DNA of 62,944 nucleotides, counting the filler, from Octopus bimaculoides (Eukaryota): NCBI RefSeq assembly GCF_001194135.2. It is 5 parts of 3 records of this genome, joined end to end, with 100 filler letters (N's around TTAATTAATTAA, not from the genome) between each part and the next. Parts side by side here need not be neighbours in the genome. Positions count along the whole stretch, not along the records: positions 1 to 14,726 come from NC_068982.1; 4 more parts are not named here. One strand, given 5' to 3'. A program made the position numbers and the translations under genes. The notes below the pieces were generated by a model, which saw only the letters and a list, made by a program, of their open reading frames with translations, did not search any database and was not told the DNA's origin. Numbering within the stretch: the first letter of the stretch is position 1; each line of letters opens with the position of its first letter. Shown here one piece after another: positions 1 through 13,047 of this stretch.

Positions 1-185
1 TTATATGCAAATAAATATATATATATATATAAATATATATGTATAAATATATATGTATATATATATATATAAATTTATATGCAAATAAATATATATATAT
101 ATATAAATATATATGTATAAATATATATGTATATATATATATATATAAATTTATATGCAAATTGATATATGTATAAATATATATC
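1..185. repeat. (TA)n-rich low-complexity tract
   Basis: Almost pure A/T with interspersed TATG/GCAA and reiterated 'aaatttatatgcaaataaatatata' units. Confidence 0.9.
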
Positions 186-430
186 TATATATATATAACA
201 ATTAGAAAATGGAGGATAATATACTGAACCCAACTACTTGCAGACGGTGTATCCTGTTGAATTCATTAATTTAATTCATAACAAAAGTGACAAAAAAAGA
301 AAGAAAAAGAAAGAAAGAACCAAAGCACAGGTGTTCATGGCAGACTATGTTATTTTGCCAACCTGGTTTACATATAGAAGTACAAAGTACATGCGAATAA
401 ATATATATATAAATATATATGTATAAATAT

Positions 431-1490
431 CATCATCATCATCATCATCATCGTTTAACGTCTGCTTTCCATGCTAGCATGGGTTGGATGATTTGACTGA
501 GCACTGAACCAGATAGCTACACCATGTTCCAATCTGATTTGGCAGAGTTTCTACAGCTGGATGCCCCTTCCTAATGCCAACCACTCAGAGAGTGTAGTGG
601 GTGCTTTTACGTGCCACCGGCATGAAGGCCAGTCAGGCGGTACTAGCAACAGCCACGCTCAAAATGGTGTATTTTACGTGCCACCTGCACAGGAGCCAGT
701 CCGACGGCACTGGCAACAATCTCGCTCGAATGCCTTTACATGTACCACTGGCACAATTGCCAGGAAGGCGACGCTGGGCACAGGTGCCATCATGATTTCA
801 CTTTTGCTTGCCCCAACAGGTCTTCGCAAGCCGAGTTTCGTGTCCAATGAAGGAGACAACATTGGCATGTGTGCGAGTCGTTGAATTTAGTTCGATTTCA
901 GTTGCCTCAACAGGTCTTTGCAAGCAGAGTTTAGTGTCCAATGAAGGAAGGTAGGCATAAGTGGGCTGGCTACACCCCTGGCAGAGGCCTTGGATTTAGG
1001 TCTCACTTGGCTTACCGGGTCTTATCATGCACAGCATATTTCCAAAGGTCTCAGTCAGAAGTCATCACCTCGGTGAGGCCTAATGTTCGAAGGTCATGCT
1101 TCAGTACCTCATCCCAGGTCTTCCTGAGCCTACCTCTTCCACAAGTTCCTTCAACTGCTAGGGTGTGGCACTTTTTCACACAGCTATCCTCATCCATTCT
1201 CGCTACATGTCCATACCAGCGCAGTCGTCTCTCTTGCACACCACAACTGATGCTTCTTAGGTTCAACTTTTCTCTCAAGGTACTTACACTCTGTCTAATA
1301 TGCACACTGACATTACACATCCATTGGAGCATACTGGCTTCATTCCTTGCGAGCCTACGCATGTCCTCAGCAGTCACGGCCCATGTTTCACTGCCGTAAA
1401 GCATGGCTGTTTGTACACATGCGTTATACAGTCTGCCTTTTACTCTGAGCGAGAGGCCCCTTATCTCCAGCAGAGGTAAGAGCTAGAATG
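431..1490 (-). mobile_element. RTE-clade LINE, 3' portion (post-RT C-terminus, 3' UTR, (ATG)n tail)
   Basis: Minus ORF 1051-1404 plus upstream reads ..ACVQTAMLYGSETW..RRLRWYGHVARM..GRGRLRKTWDEV, typical of RTE ORF2 C-termini. It ends in a (CAT)n run at ~431-452. The same 3' UTR recurs several times in the window. Confidence 0.9.
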
Positions 1491-1529
1491 AAAAGCATGT
1501 CTTTCTACAATGAAACCAGAAGAATACAT

Positions 1530-1593
<64 letters not shown>

Positions 1594-1607
1594 GGTCATG
1601 TGATATA

Positions 1608-2110
1608 TATGGATGAGGACAGCTACATAAAGAAGTGCTGATGTCTAATTGTGGTGGGAACCTGTGGAAGGGATTGACTCAAGATGTAGGATGAAGTGGT
1701 GAGAAAGGATCTTGAGACATTGGGCCTTACAGAGGGGATGACAAGGGAATGAGACTTATGGCAGTTTGCTGTGCTTGTGAAGACATGTCAAACTAAGTAA
1801 AACTGTAGCTGTGCGCACCTACAAACCTGTCCTCTACATCCCTCTCCCAACCAAGAGGTCTTGTCTTAATGGCTTGTGGATGCTGGTGTCATGTAAAAGC
1901 ATCTGTGCAGGTGCCATGTAAAAGTGCCTGTGCCTGTGCCACATGTAAAAGTGCCTGTGCTGATACCACATAAAAAGGAATCCAGTACACTGTGAAGTGG
2001 TTGGCCATATGAAGGGTATCCAACCATAGAAACCACTTACAAAGCTTTGATTGAACTATAATACAAGACTCTTGTCAAAGATCCCATGCAACAAGATTGA
2101 ATCTGAGAAC
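1608..2110 (+). mobile_element. Degenerate RTE LINE 3' fragment
   Basis: Translates as MDEDSYIKKC*..GTCGR..DEVVRKDLETLGLTEGMT with stops, homologous to the 1051-1404 element. Followed by gtgccatgtaaaag 3' UTR repeats. Confidence 0.75.
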
Positions 2111-2158
2111 ATATAGTTGGGAAGAAACTTTATAACCAAACATCCATAACTGTGCCAG

Positions 2159-2217
<59 letters not shown>

Positions 2218-2246
2218 TATACATATATGTATACATATGCATGTGT

Positions 2247-2566
2247 GAAAGCACATGGCTTAGTGGTTAGGGTATTCGGCTCATGATTGTAAGGTTGTGA
2301 GTTCAATTCCCAGTGACACGTGTCCTTGAGCAAGGTACTTTTATTTCACATTTCTCCTGTTCATTCAGCTGGCAAAAATGAATAGTACATGTATTTCAAA
2401 GGGCCAGCCTTGTCACACTTTGTGTGACGCTGAATCTCCCTGAGAACTACGTTAAGGGTACACATGTCTGTGGAGTGTTCAGCCACTTTCACGTTAATTT
2501 CACGAGCAGACTGTTCTGTTGATTGGATCAATTGGAACATTTGTTGTAACTGATAGAATGCCAGTA
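2247..2566 (+). mobile_element. tRNA-derived SINE (window family C)
   Basis: A-box-like TGGCTTAGTGGT and B-box-like GAGTTCAATTCC. Body 'ccttgtcacact..gagaactacgttaagggtacac' is shared with copies at 12.7, 14.4, 19.7 and 46.1 kb. Confidence 0.85.
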
Positions 2567-2657
2567 TATGCATGTCTATATCTATCTGTCTATCCATCTG
2601 TCTATCTTTCTGTCTGTCTGTCTATCTGTTTGTCTGTCTGTATGCATGTATGTACGT

Positions 2658-2708
<51 letters not shown>

Positions 2709-3619
2709 AGCACATTGACATGCATATACATATAATCTTGTAACTGGTTTTCTTTTACTTCATTCACTTCATTCTTATTAAACATTCTTCTTTGTAAATT
2801 TTCATTCAACATCCTTCTTGGCTAATCTGACGAATCATTTACACTGCTCTATCCTATATAAAGAGATATATGTATATTCACATTTTCGTCCCAACTGAAA
2901 TTTATAAGGGACTTAACTCTGAAACAAAGCATTAACTTCCGAGAGTTATCTTCCAGATTATTATTGCTAGCTGTAATTTTTTTGTTTTACTTTTACATTT
3001 TTTGTCAGATCGTATTAGTTCTTTTGTTAATATTCTACTGCTAGTGTGAAGTCATATTCTTGGCAAAACATTCAAGTTTAATTACATACAGGCTACTGTC
3101 TGGTTATGTTATTGTTTTCTAAATATGAACTACTCTTTCTGAATGGAGCTGTGATAAAGGCTGTGTAATTATAGTTTTAGATAATCTATTAGTATAGAGG
3201 CCTGGAAAGACGAATTGGAAGGATTGATATTTAGAGTCTTTGGTTATAAATATTCATAACACATGTAACAAACATATATACATTATGTATATTTATAAAT
3301 GTTAGTTGTTTGGATTTACCAAATGATCTAATTGAGTTTAGGCTACTATGTCATAGAAACAGTAATAACAATGATAACAATCATCATCATCTGGTACTGC
3401 ATGTGATTCAGTTTTCCTTAATTTATACATTAGCTTCTATTGAAATATTCTATTGTTTTGAACATAAAAAGCAATAATGTGTAATACTTTCTCATAATGG
3501 TACCAAGAAAAATGTAATAAGCATACTTATATTAATATTTGTAAAGTATTTATCAAAATAACATATTTCTTCATAGCAAAGAAGCTTTCTGACTACACAC
3601 ACATATATATGTGTGTGTA

Positions 3620-3935
3620 TAGGGTGTTCTTGCAAAATTTGACAGTTTGCATAAAAGGAAAAGGAAACAAACTATATCATCCACAAATAAAAGTATTTTT
3701 AAAAAATCAAAAAAATATCAACTAGATTATAGCTGGGAGATAACTGTTTACTCAAAGTAGTCACCCTCAGTTTCCACCACAACCTTAAGATGGCTCTAGA
3801 ACCTGGTGCATACTTTCCTCATCAGATCTTCAAACATCTCCTTGATCTTGGCCTCCAACTTAGCCTCTCACACATAGTAGTCCATGGGATTGCAATCAGG
3901 GGAATTAAGAAGCCAGAAATTATGGCTGGTGAAAT
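3620..3935 (-). mobile_element. Tc1/mariner transposon 3' end with TIR (maT/DD37D-like by inference)
   Basis: TA followed by TAGGGTGTTC terminus. The reverse complement encodes ..SPDCNPMDYYV.. and matches 4900-5248 in opposite orientation. Confidence 0.8.
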
Positions 3936-4689
3936 ATATTAATGTTCTTGGTTGTCATTTGTATTGAAAACATTGAGAAAACATTCTTAGATTGGTAAGA
4001 AATTTCCAAAGAACATTCCTGTAAAACTTTGAAGTACTTTTGCTCTAATTATGTCTTAAAGACTGAGAACGTTGCTCCAAATATAAACTACATATGTTTA
4101 TTATATTCTTATCTTGGTGCTGCTTGGTTATACCAAATACATCAATATAAATTTATACTTTAATTGATAATGTTTCAGAACATCAGGCAGTAGCAATATA
4201 TGAACTCTCTTTTAGTTATTGAATACACATTACTTTCATTATTTTACTTGGGTATTCTGCAAAATGCCAATTTGGCTGCTATTTCTAGCAGGTAGACAAT
4301 GTAGAGACTCTTTGTAACATGCATGTGTTGTTTGTTATTGTTGTTTAACCCCAGGCCACTATCTTTTTTTTCTGGAGAGCTGTGTTCAAAGGCATCCTAG
4401 CTGTGACCATTCTGACATTGTAAGGATATGAAAGACAACATTATCTGATATTATATTGTTATGTAAAGATTGAGGGGCATTTAGCTGCTATTTATGTTCA
4501 AGTTATGCACTTGAACATAAATTTATGCACTTGAACCAATCTAAGAATTCATTATTAACATTCATTTTTAATCAGTTTTCAAAACCCTCTTTACTATACT
4601 ATATTGCTGTCATGTCTAAAACATGACATGGACAGTTGCAACAGAGACGATAAAGCTGTGGCCAGCAGGGAAGGACATAGTAGGCGTTT

Positions 4690-5248
4690 TGACTGTGTCC
4701 ATAAGCCAGAATCCATCCTCTCATCTTTGATCAGTGCCTTAGACTCATTTCAGACAGTTGTGTGAAGCTGCTGGAAAATTTGGTCAAACCCTAGTCAGAG
4801 AGGTTTGTTGCTGGCAGGCCATATGTGTGGCAGCAGGATTTGGCTCCTTGCCATACCTCTGGAGAACACCTATGATTTCACCAGCCACAATTTCTGGTCT
4901 CCTAATCCTGCTAATTATAATTCCATGGATTACTATGTGTGGAGTCTGGTCAAGAAAAGCACCAACCACATATCCAGCAACACCAAGGCTGAGCTGATAG
5001 CTAAGATCTAGGAGGTGTTCATAGGTCTTCCCAGGGACACAATGAGGAATGTATGTACCAGGTTCCAGAGCCAATTTAAAGGCATGGTGGATGCTAAGGG
5101 TGACTACTTTGAGTAAACTGTTATCTCCCAGCCATAATCTAGCTGATATTTTTTGATTAAAAAAAAAAAAACTTTTATTTTTGGATGGAATAATATTGTG
5201 TTTTCTTTTCCTTTTATTCAAACTGCCAAATTTAACCTGAACACCCTG
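4690..5248 (+). mobile_element. Tc1/mariner transposase 3' half, pseudogenised, ending in TIR ..GAACACCCTG
   Basis: Frameshifted translation contains GRPYVWQQDLAPCH (catalytic-D motif) and FWSPNPANYNSMDYYVW (SPDLNPLDY-like), then ..DAKGDYFE*. Confidence 0.85.
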
Positions 5249-6022
5249 CCAATATCATTTGGTGTCATGGTTGCACATGGCCACATGGTTTTGGCTGATG
5301 CATAAGTAAAAGTTTTTTTTCCATTTCTTTTCTTCCAAATATTCCATACCTTAGTACAGTAGGGACTGAGTCCTCTGTTGACTGGCTGGCAATGTGAGGA
5401 ATCCTGCCTTGTTACATTAGTATTTTCTAATTTAGTCAGTTGAAATTGTGGTGTGATTTTGATGTAGTCATTAACATGGCTCTAAAGTTTATGGCAAGCA
5501 TGAGGTTTGATTCCAGTAGCAATCTTACAACTTTTTACCACTATATCATTGTTCTTGTTGCTGCTGCCTCTGCTGCCATCATCATCATCATCATCATCAT
5601 CACCACTATCACCATCATCATCGTAACCATCACCATCATCATCGTAACCATCACCGTCATCATCCCCATCACCACTGCTACCACTGCCACCACTATGCTT
5701 TCTATACTTGCATGAGTCAGATTAAATTTGCTGAAGTGATGGATTTTCCAAGGTTGGATTTCTTCCTGACACTAAGCCTCATCAGGTTACTAGCAGTACA
5801 ATATACTTTCATCTATGATTGCAAACAAATACCATTTACACAACGGTGACATGCTGATATATGACCTAAGTTGGACTCCTTATTCGCATAATCACTGAAC
5901 CTGGAGCTTAACTATGGTCTGTCCATAGGACTTACTCTGCATTACCTGACACCTTTGGGTCTTATTGACACCATTNNNNNNNNNNNNNNNNNNNNNNNNN
6001 NNNNGTAATACTTTTTCTGATA

Positions 6023-6197
6023 GGCATAGGAGTGGCTATGTGGTAAGTAGCTTGCTTATGAACCACATGGTTCTGGGTTCAGTCCCACTGTGTGGCACCT
6101 TGAGCAAGTGTCTTCTACTATAGCCTCGGGCCGACCAAGGCCTTGTGAGTGGATTTGGTAGGCGGAAACTGAAAGAAGCATGTCGTATATATGTATG

Positions 6198-6240
<43 letters not shown>

Positions 6241-6455
6241 ATACGTTTGTGTGTCTGTGCTTGTTCCCCCCAACATCGCTTGACAACCAATGCTGGTGTG
6301 TTTACGTTCTTGTAACTTAGTGGTTCGGCAAAGGAGACTGATAGAATAAGTACTAGGCTTACAGAGAATAAGTCCTGGGGTTGATTTGTGTGACTAAAGG
6401 TGGTGCTCCAGCATGGCCACAGTCAAACGACTGAAACAAGTAAAAGATTAAAAGC
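6023..6455 (+). mobile_element. tRNA-derived SINE with internal (TA)n(TG)n tract (window family A), near full length
   Basis: TGGCTATGTGGT A-box and GGTTCAGTCCC B-box. Body and tail 'gctccagcatggccacagtcaaacgactgaaacaagtaaaaga' recur at 11.6, 17.9, 21.1, 25.4, 33.9, 38.6 and 62.5 kb. Confidence 0.9.
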
Positions 6456-6591
6456 GTAAAAGAGTATATGCAAAATTTTTGCACTTATGATAATCAATAC
6501 TGATTATTTGTCAGTTAATTTATATCTTTTATGTTTTAAAATCTTTTATAGACTAGAATATTTTTCAATTCGTTTTTTTTTTGTTTTCTAG

Positions 6592-7152
6592 ATACATACA
6601 CACTTTGCTGCTGCTTACAAAGATTTCTCAATTCCAGAGAAGGATAAAGAAAATATTCCATCCACCAATTCTCTTGCTGAGTATGAACATTCTTCATTGA
6701 CGTATACAGAAAATGGTGGTAATGATATTGTAAAGGAGAATAACATCAAAGCCAACAAGAATGTTTACTATGGTATCGTTAACCAGGCTAATATTATGCA
6801 AGAAAACTGCTTTGTTAGTGCAGATAATGAAATGCTTGTTGGTATAAAAAGTAAGGAACTATCATCTAGAGATGATGGTCATTTACAACAGCAACAGTCT
6901 CAGCAGGAAAGCCATTCATTGTCTCATATAGATATTTGTTCTGAACACCAAACAGGTATGAATCTCTCTTCAAAATTTACCAAACCTCTTTTGAATAAAG
7001 ATGTTCTGTATGAAAGACCAACATCTTGGCAACCCTTAGAAACATTGACTCAGAATTATGGTAACCACAATGGCAACTATAACGGTGAAGTGCCAGTTTA
7101 TAAAAACCAGTATATTTTCTTTCCTCAGTATTATAACAATAATATCAAATAG
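6592..7152 (+). CDS. Probable host coding exon (187 codons, N/Q/S/E-rich, unassigned protein); likely terminal exon
   Basis: Strong acceptor (ttttttttttgttttctag|ATA) opens IHTHFAAAYKDFSIPEKDKENIPS..YFFPQYYNNNIK* with no stop for 187 codons in very AT-rich, non-microsatellite DNA. AATAAA at 7500-7505. An internal donor CAG|GTATGA lies after 6955. Confidence 0.65.
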   Translation: MHTHFAAAYKDFSIPEKDKENIPSTNSLAEYEHSSLTYTENGGNDIVKENNIKANKNVYYGIVNQANIMQENCFVSADNEMLVGIKSKELSSRDDGHLQQQQSQQESHSLSHIDICSEHQTGMNLSSKFTKPLLNKDVLYERPTSWQPLETLTQNYGNHNGNYNGEVPVYKNQYIFFPQYYNNNIK

Positions 7153-7234
7153 CAGATATTTGTTCATTGTTCATTATTGTTGTTGTTATATTGTTGTGTT
7201 TACTTTTAAAGTTACTTAAGTTATTGTTTATTAT

Positions 7235-7455
7235 TATGAGTGGTAGATAGCAGAATTGGTTGAGTGGTGAACAAAATGGCTTGAAGTATTTAGTTACGAC
7301 TCTCTGCATTCTGAGTTCAAATCCCCACCAAGGCTGACTTTGCCATTCATCCTTCTGAAGTTGATAAAATAATTACCAGTAAAACACTGGGGTTGATATA
7401 ATTAACTATCCTTTTCTATCAAATTTGTGGCCTTGTACCTAGGTGAAAATCATTA
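7235..7455 (+). mobile_element. Degenerate tRNA-derived SINE (window family B)
   Basis: 'gagttcaaatcccaccaaggctgactttgccattcatcct..taccagtaaaacactggggttgat' matches copies at 15.6 and 28.6 kb. Confidence 0.75.
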
Positions 7456-8299
7456 TTACTAAGATATATCACATTCATTGTACAGGTTTATTTGTTGCTA
7501 ATAAAATACATTCCACTGATTGTATTGTTATAACCAACTTATTATTTCCATGAATTTATCACTCCCAATAGTTACATTTTCTGACCTATGTTTTTCTATG
7601 CTCCTATCTCTCTCTCTCTTGCTATTTAACCTTCTGTCTTCATGCATACACATATCTATTGCCATAATCATCATCATCATCATTTCAAATTCATTTTTCC
7701 ATGATGGAACATGTTGGATGGTTTTCATAACATTTCACTACTTGTTGCAGTCCTTTACCATCTGATACATCACAACAACTAAGGAAAATCAGCCAATATT
7801 GTCGTTGTGTATGTCATATATTTATTCACATCTTCAGTCACATCTACATAACTTGTGTTATTAGAAGGCCATAGTAATGCAGATGAAACATTATATTGCA
7901 ATAATAACAATAAAAAGATATAGAAATGTTACCTGAGAAATATTTAATTGGTCCTGATAATTTAGGTCAAATACTTCCTTTTCAAATCTGTTGGAGAGAA
8001 GTCGTCTGTTAGTTTGAAAAGTCTGGTGTGTGCATGTGTTTGGTATTATCATTCAAGAAACACCTTTGACAAATGCAGGTGCATTAACGGGTATTGTGCA
8101 ACTATTATCAAAGTCACAGGCTGTATCATCAGTGACCTAATTTATGATTAACAGGTGGCATGTGTTAAATGAGGCACATATATAACAATGACTATATTAG
8201 CCATTGACACAATTCCTCACACATGTCACAACCCATGAACACAATTTACAGCCCCCTATCCCACATCACTCCACATTTGACTTTTGACTACCATTCATG

Positions 8300-10045
8300 G
8301 AGAACCAACACGACAAGTTAATGGACTTATTTCTCTTTGCATTCTTAAAACTTGCAAGGCAGTGTACCAGAAAAAAATTGGCATACCATTGGAGAGAAGT
8401 ATATTCAGAAAAATTGGGGGTATACTTGCTGTTACTATTACTGAAAAGAGGCATAGAAGTTCTATTATGAAATGTTGAAAAAATCTACTTCAAGAATCTA
8501 CCAATCATCCAAATTGACAGCAGTATGGTAGATAGAGTGACTGACAATATGAAGGCAGTGAAAATAACTGATCTATCAGAGACAGTTGATGAGATGGTTA
8601 ACATATCGGAAGTACCACACGTCCTGGTTACTCGAATAGCCAGTCAGGTAACACATGAAGGTGTCATACCCATTAACTGACAGAGTAGTGTTATAAATTG
8701 CTACAAGGACATTAGAGAAAAGAAATTACTCAGGTGTCAAATCATTGGCTCAGGTTATGAATTATGGAAAGGATTCTTGCAAAATTTATTTGGAACAGGA
8801 TTAGTTTGAGTGAGATGCAGTTCGATTTTATGCCATATTCTTAATGAGAAAAATTCAAAAGTACATAGCTAGGAGTAAGTCTCCTACACTTAGCATTCGT
8901 TGACTTGCAGAAGGCTTTGATATTGTTTGTCCCTCTGTGGTGAAGTGGTCACTAAGGAACCTATGGGTGGATGTATTTCTGTACATAGCTTGTAGAAATG
9001 CAGTCAGCAAGGAAAGAGTAATGAGTTCAGTGACAAATCTAGCCCCTGGCTAGAATCCGACAGGGCACAGTTTTCAGCTGCCTTCCGCTTAATATAGCCC
9101 CCAAAATCCATAATAGAGAAGTTTAAGATCGTCTGCCTTTGGGAATATTTATATGCCGATGCCCTTGGTCTTGTAGTAGAATGTATAGAAAATTTCGAAA
9201 AGAGAGTCCTGACATGAAAGCAAAATGTGAAGTCGAGATGCAATGCTTAGCAAAGACGAAAAGAAGACAAGATCCAGCTACCAACAGATAAACGGCAGTG
9301 GTTGGTACGAAAAAAAGAAAGAAAAAAAAAGAGAGCAAGCAGAAATTCTATACAGTCGCCCAGTGTAATCAATGGATGTAGAAGAGGCACGGTGGGATTA
9401 CAGATAAGCTGAGAAGGTAGGCATCATATGAAGAACACAGACATGAGCCAATAATCATTTAGAGCACTCAAGGAATAGATTCTCTCAATATACCTAGGTG
9501 ACTTCCTTAAAATCGCTGACAACCTCTGATTAGAAGTAAAAATGAGTATTCTGAAAGCATAACCAGTGTAAGAATGGACAGTTAAAAGTTCTGAGCACTA
9601 TTGCCTCTAAGTAACAAAGATCTTTCTTAGAGTGAAGGGAAGGCTGTATAATGCCTGTGTACAAAGTGCAACACTGTATGGCAGCGAGACTTATATTTTG
9701 AACGCCAAAGATTTGCAAAGACTAGAAAGAATTGGAGCATGCTTTGCTAGATGTGTAATGTTAATGTGTATGAATGATGGAGTATGAATGAGGAGACATG
9801 AAAGGAACCTGATGTGGTGTACATGAAAGAAAACTGTGCTGGTATGGAAATGTGATGCTTAACAGTCGTATAAGGAAGTTATGAATCTTCAAAATAAATG
9901 GAATTTGTGGAAGAGAGATCGAAGATGTGGAACAAAATGGTGAAGATTGATTTGAAGATGATAATTTCACGACGGAGAGTACAAAGGACTGTGACGGTTG
10001 GCGCTACACGGTGCTGGAGATGATCCAATCGCTCATGTAAACATA
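8300..10045 (+). mobile_element. Old, heavily decayed RTE LINE including RT domain
   Basis: Remnant motifs appear in the expected order: SVINCYK/NY.G.K (~8690-8750), MQFDFMP (~8815), AFVDLQKA (~8893), LYADAL (~9149, YADD-like) and LYGSET (~9675). Many stops and frameshifts. Confidence 0.8.
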
Positions 10046-11529
10046 ACAAAACGTAAATTTAATTACGAGGGTAGTAATGCAGGGAGGCTAGACTGTATAA
10101 TTTATATCTAGAACTACACTTTTCGCCCATTTTGAACTTGCAAAGTTACCTTCTGCTTCCCCTCTTGCTTATATGATACCTTGTCATCTCTCTGTCATCC
10201 CCTCTCCTATTCACTGTACCATGTCATTCATGTAAAGAGGAAAACTTTAGATCTGTCCATACTCTTTCTCCTTACTCCAATCCATATCGCTAGCCCCTTT
10301 CTAACAACGATACCTGAGGAAGGATTGCATTGGATCAGTTAGTATCCGATACATTCGTCTATACTGTTCAACAGCTAACAGCATAAAACATTCCTATTCT
10401 ACAACCCGTAATTTCTCATAGATAATAACAGTGGCTTAATAAGCCGTCAAGTGCAACATGGAATCCCAGTGAACGCTTGTATTATAATACTACTGTTAGT
10501 ATTGAGTTCCCCCACTTCGTCAGTAAATGTTCTGCTCTAGCTCCTTCTCTTATACTTTTACTCATCTTTTGCCTCTTATCGCTTGACACAAAGTTTGGTT
10601 CCTCGGGGTTCACAGTTTTGCAAACTTCATGGCAGCCTCACTAGTGCTGCTGGCACGATAAAAGCATCCAATACACGCTGTAAAGTGGTTGGCATGGGAA
10701 GAGCATCACATTTTTGCTGGAATTGTATTTTCAGTAGATAATTTGGTGCTAGTTGGTACTTTCATGAACGATTTTGATTGTATTTTGCTTACAATTATTC
10801 TTTATATTTTGAGTGTACTTTTTTGGTTTCTCCCAGTAAAAATATATTCTGATGAAGTTGTGTATTTCCGTATTTCTGTGTTGATACATAAAACAAAACA
10901 CCGAGAGTATCTAAAATGTTCTGTTCTTCGCAATTCCTTAATATCTGTTGATTAAGTGAGCTCTGTTCTTTTAGTAGTTAATGTTATTGAGTACTGTCGT
11001 TCGAATAATATTTACTTTAATTTTTGAAGTAATTGATCGCAAATTTCAGTTTTAAATTAGATACATTTGTGCAGAATCTTCTTGTTAAATTGAAAGGTAT
11101 ATTTATTCTGTATGTATTGGATAAAAAAAAAATTCTTTTTTGAGTTTGCTAGAATGAAGTAAATGTTAGATTCAATGTCAAGGTCATTTTTAATGATTAA
11201 CAACGTAAGTTGGGGGAAATTTTGATCTCAACCTTTCCTAGATACTTGCCATAGAAATTAAAATGATTTTTTTGCTGGATGAATTTTATTCCCTCTACAT
11301 CAAATTTTTTATGTATTCATTTATACAGATCGTTAGAAAAAATTTCAAGTCCGATCTCGATGACTCCTTATTGTTATTCATGTAAAATCGTAATACAAAA
11401 GTGCACAAAAAGAGTGTGTTTGTTGATTTCCCCCCCNNNNNNNNNNNNNNAGGAGATTAACACCTCTAACTAAAATTATCTCTTAGGAAATTCAGTACGT
11501 GTTTCTGAAGAGGTTTCAAAAGAATATTC

Positions 11530-11760
11530 TTTTATTATTCTATTCTTTTACTTGTTTCAGTCATTCGACTGCGGCCATACTGGAACACCGCCCTGAAGGG
11601 TTTTTAGTGGAATAAATCAACTCCAGAACTTATTTCTTAAGCCTTGTACTTATTCTATCGGTCACTTTTGCCGAACTGCTAGGTTACGGGGACGTAAACA
11701 AATTAACACCAGTTGTCAAACTGTGATAGGGTTTACAAGCACAAACACAAAGACACACGC
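11530..11760 (-). mobile_element. SINE family A, 3' half
   Basis: Reverse complement of the 6270-6455 tail region. Confidence 0.8.
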
Positions 11761-11941
11761 AGATACATACGTACATATTTTTTGCAGCAAGCACCTGAAA
11801 TAACACAGCCTGCACTGATTGATGCAATACAACTAGATGCATGATACGCTATCCCTAAAGGACAGCTGCAGGATGGGTCGAAATGATCGTCGGGCTAAAA
11901 TAATCCATCGTACTTATCCATCTTCCGTCGTTTCCCTCATC

Positions 11942-11973
<32 letters not shown>

Positions 11974-12614
11974 NNNNNNNNNNNNNNNNNNNNNNNNNNN
12001 NNNNNNNNNNNNNNNNNNNNNNNNNNNNNNNNNNNNNNNNNNNNNNNNNNNNNNNNNNNNNNNNNNNNNNNNNNNNNNNNNNNNNNNNNNNNNNNNNNNN
12101 NNNNNNNNNNNNNNNNNNNNNNNNNNNNNNNNNNNNNNNNNNNNNNNNNNNNNNNNNNNNNNNNNNNNNNNNNNNNNNNNNNNNNNNNNNNNNNNCTATT
12201 ATGAATGGCAATTTCTGTCTGTCTGTTACCATCTTACTGCCTAAACCAGCGAACTAATATTCACCAAATTTTGCATACATGTTACACTAACATTCAGTTC
12301 AATAATAGGCTAATTGGATTTCAATAAAAATCTATAATATGCCCCTCAGTGGGGTTGGGCGAATTATATGATAAAATAAGAAGGGTGCAAAAAGTATTAG
12401 TCTGAGGGAAACGTAGTAACAGAGTGAGTGTGATTGATATCGGGGAAGGGAGTAAGCGACAAATATGGAGTAACAATGGGACTAAACGTTAATACAGTTG
12501 TAATATAAGCGCGACGCTGCATACATAATTTCGTAAATACACACAAACTTTTAAAACGCCGATGAAGGAAGAGAAAGGTGGGTAGCTTTAAGGAGAGATG
12601 TGGTAGGTGGCTTT

Positions 12615-12656
<42 letters not shown>

Positions 12657-13047
12657 TGTTGTTGTTGTTGGCACTCCGTCGCTTACGACGTCGAGGGTTC
12701 CAGTTGATCCGATCAACGGAACAGCCTGCTCGTGAAATTAACGTGCAAGTGGCTGAGCACTCCACAGACACGTGTACCTTTAACGTAGCTCTCGGGGATA
12801 TTCAGCGTGACACAGTGTGACAAGGCTGACCCTTTGAAATACAGGCACAACAGAAACAGGAAGTAAGAGTGAGAGAAAGTTGTTGTGAAAGAATACTGCA
12901 GAGTTCGCCACCATCCCCTGCCGGAGCCTCGTGGAGCTTTAGGTGTTTTCGTTCAATAAACACTCACAACGCCCGGTCTGGGAATCGAAACCGCGATCCT
13001 ATGACCGCGAGTCCGCTGCCCTAGCCACTGGGCCATTGCGCCTCCAC
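12657..13047 (-). mobile_element. tRNA-derived SINE family C, full-length, (AAC)n tail, well preserved
   Basis: Minus strand starts GTGGAGGCGCAATGGCCCAGTGGCTAG with B-box GGTTTCGATTCC and ends ..GGAGTGCCAACAACAACAAC. A ~10-bp flank duplication (acacatacat) lies in microsatellite context. Confidence 0.9.

Noticed and set aside
3009-3050. Strong acceptor (long T tract + cag)
   Set aside because: All three frames stop within 14 codons; at most a UTR exon.
7775-7930. Minus-strand signal-peptide-like frame (FYIFLLLLLQYNVSSA..)
   Set aside because: There is no ATG or in-phase acceptor, and the hydrophobicity is explained by T-rich composition.
12990-13047. tRNA genes at SINE heads
   Set aside because: The A/B boxes continue into SINE bodies and tails, and no complete cloverleaf or acceptor stem is evident.
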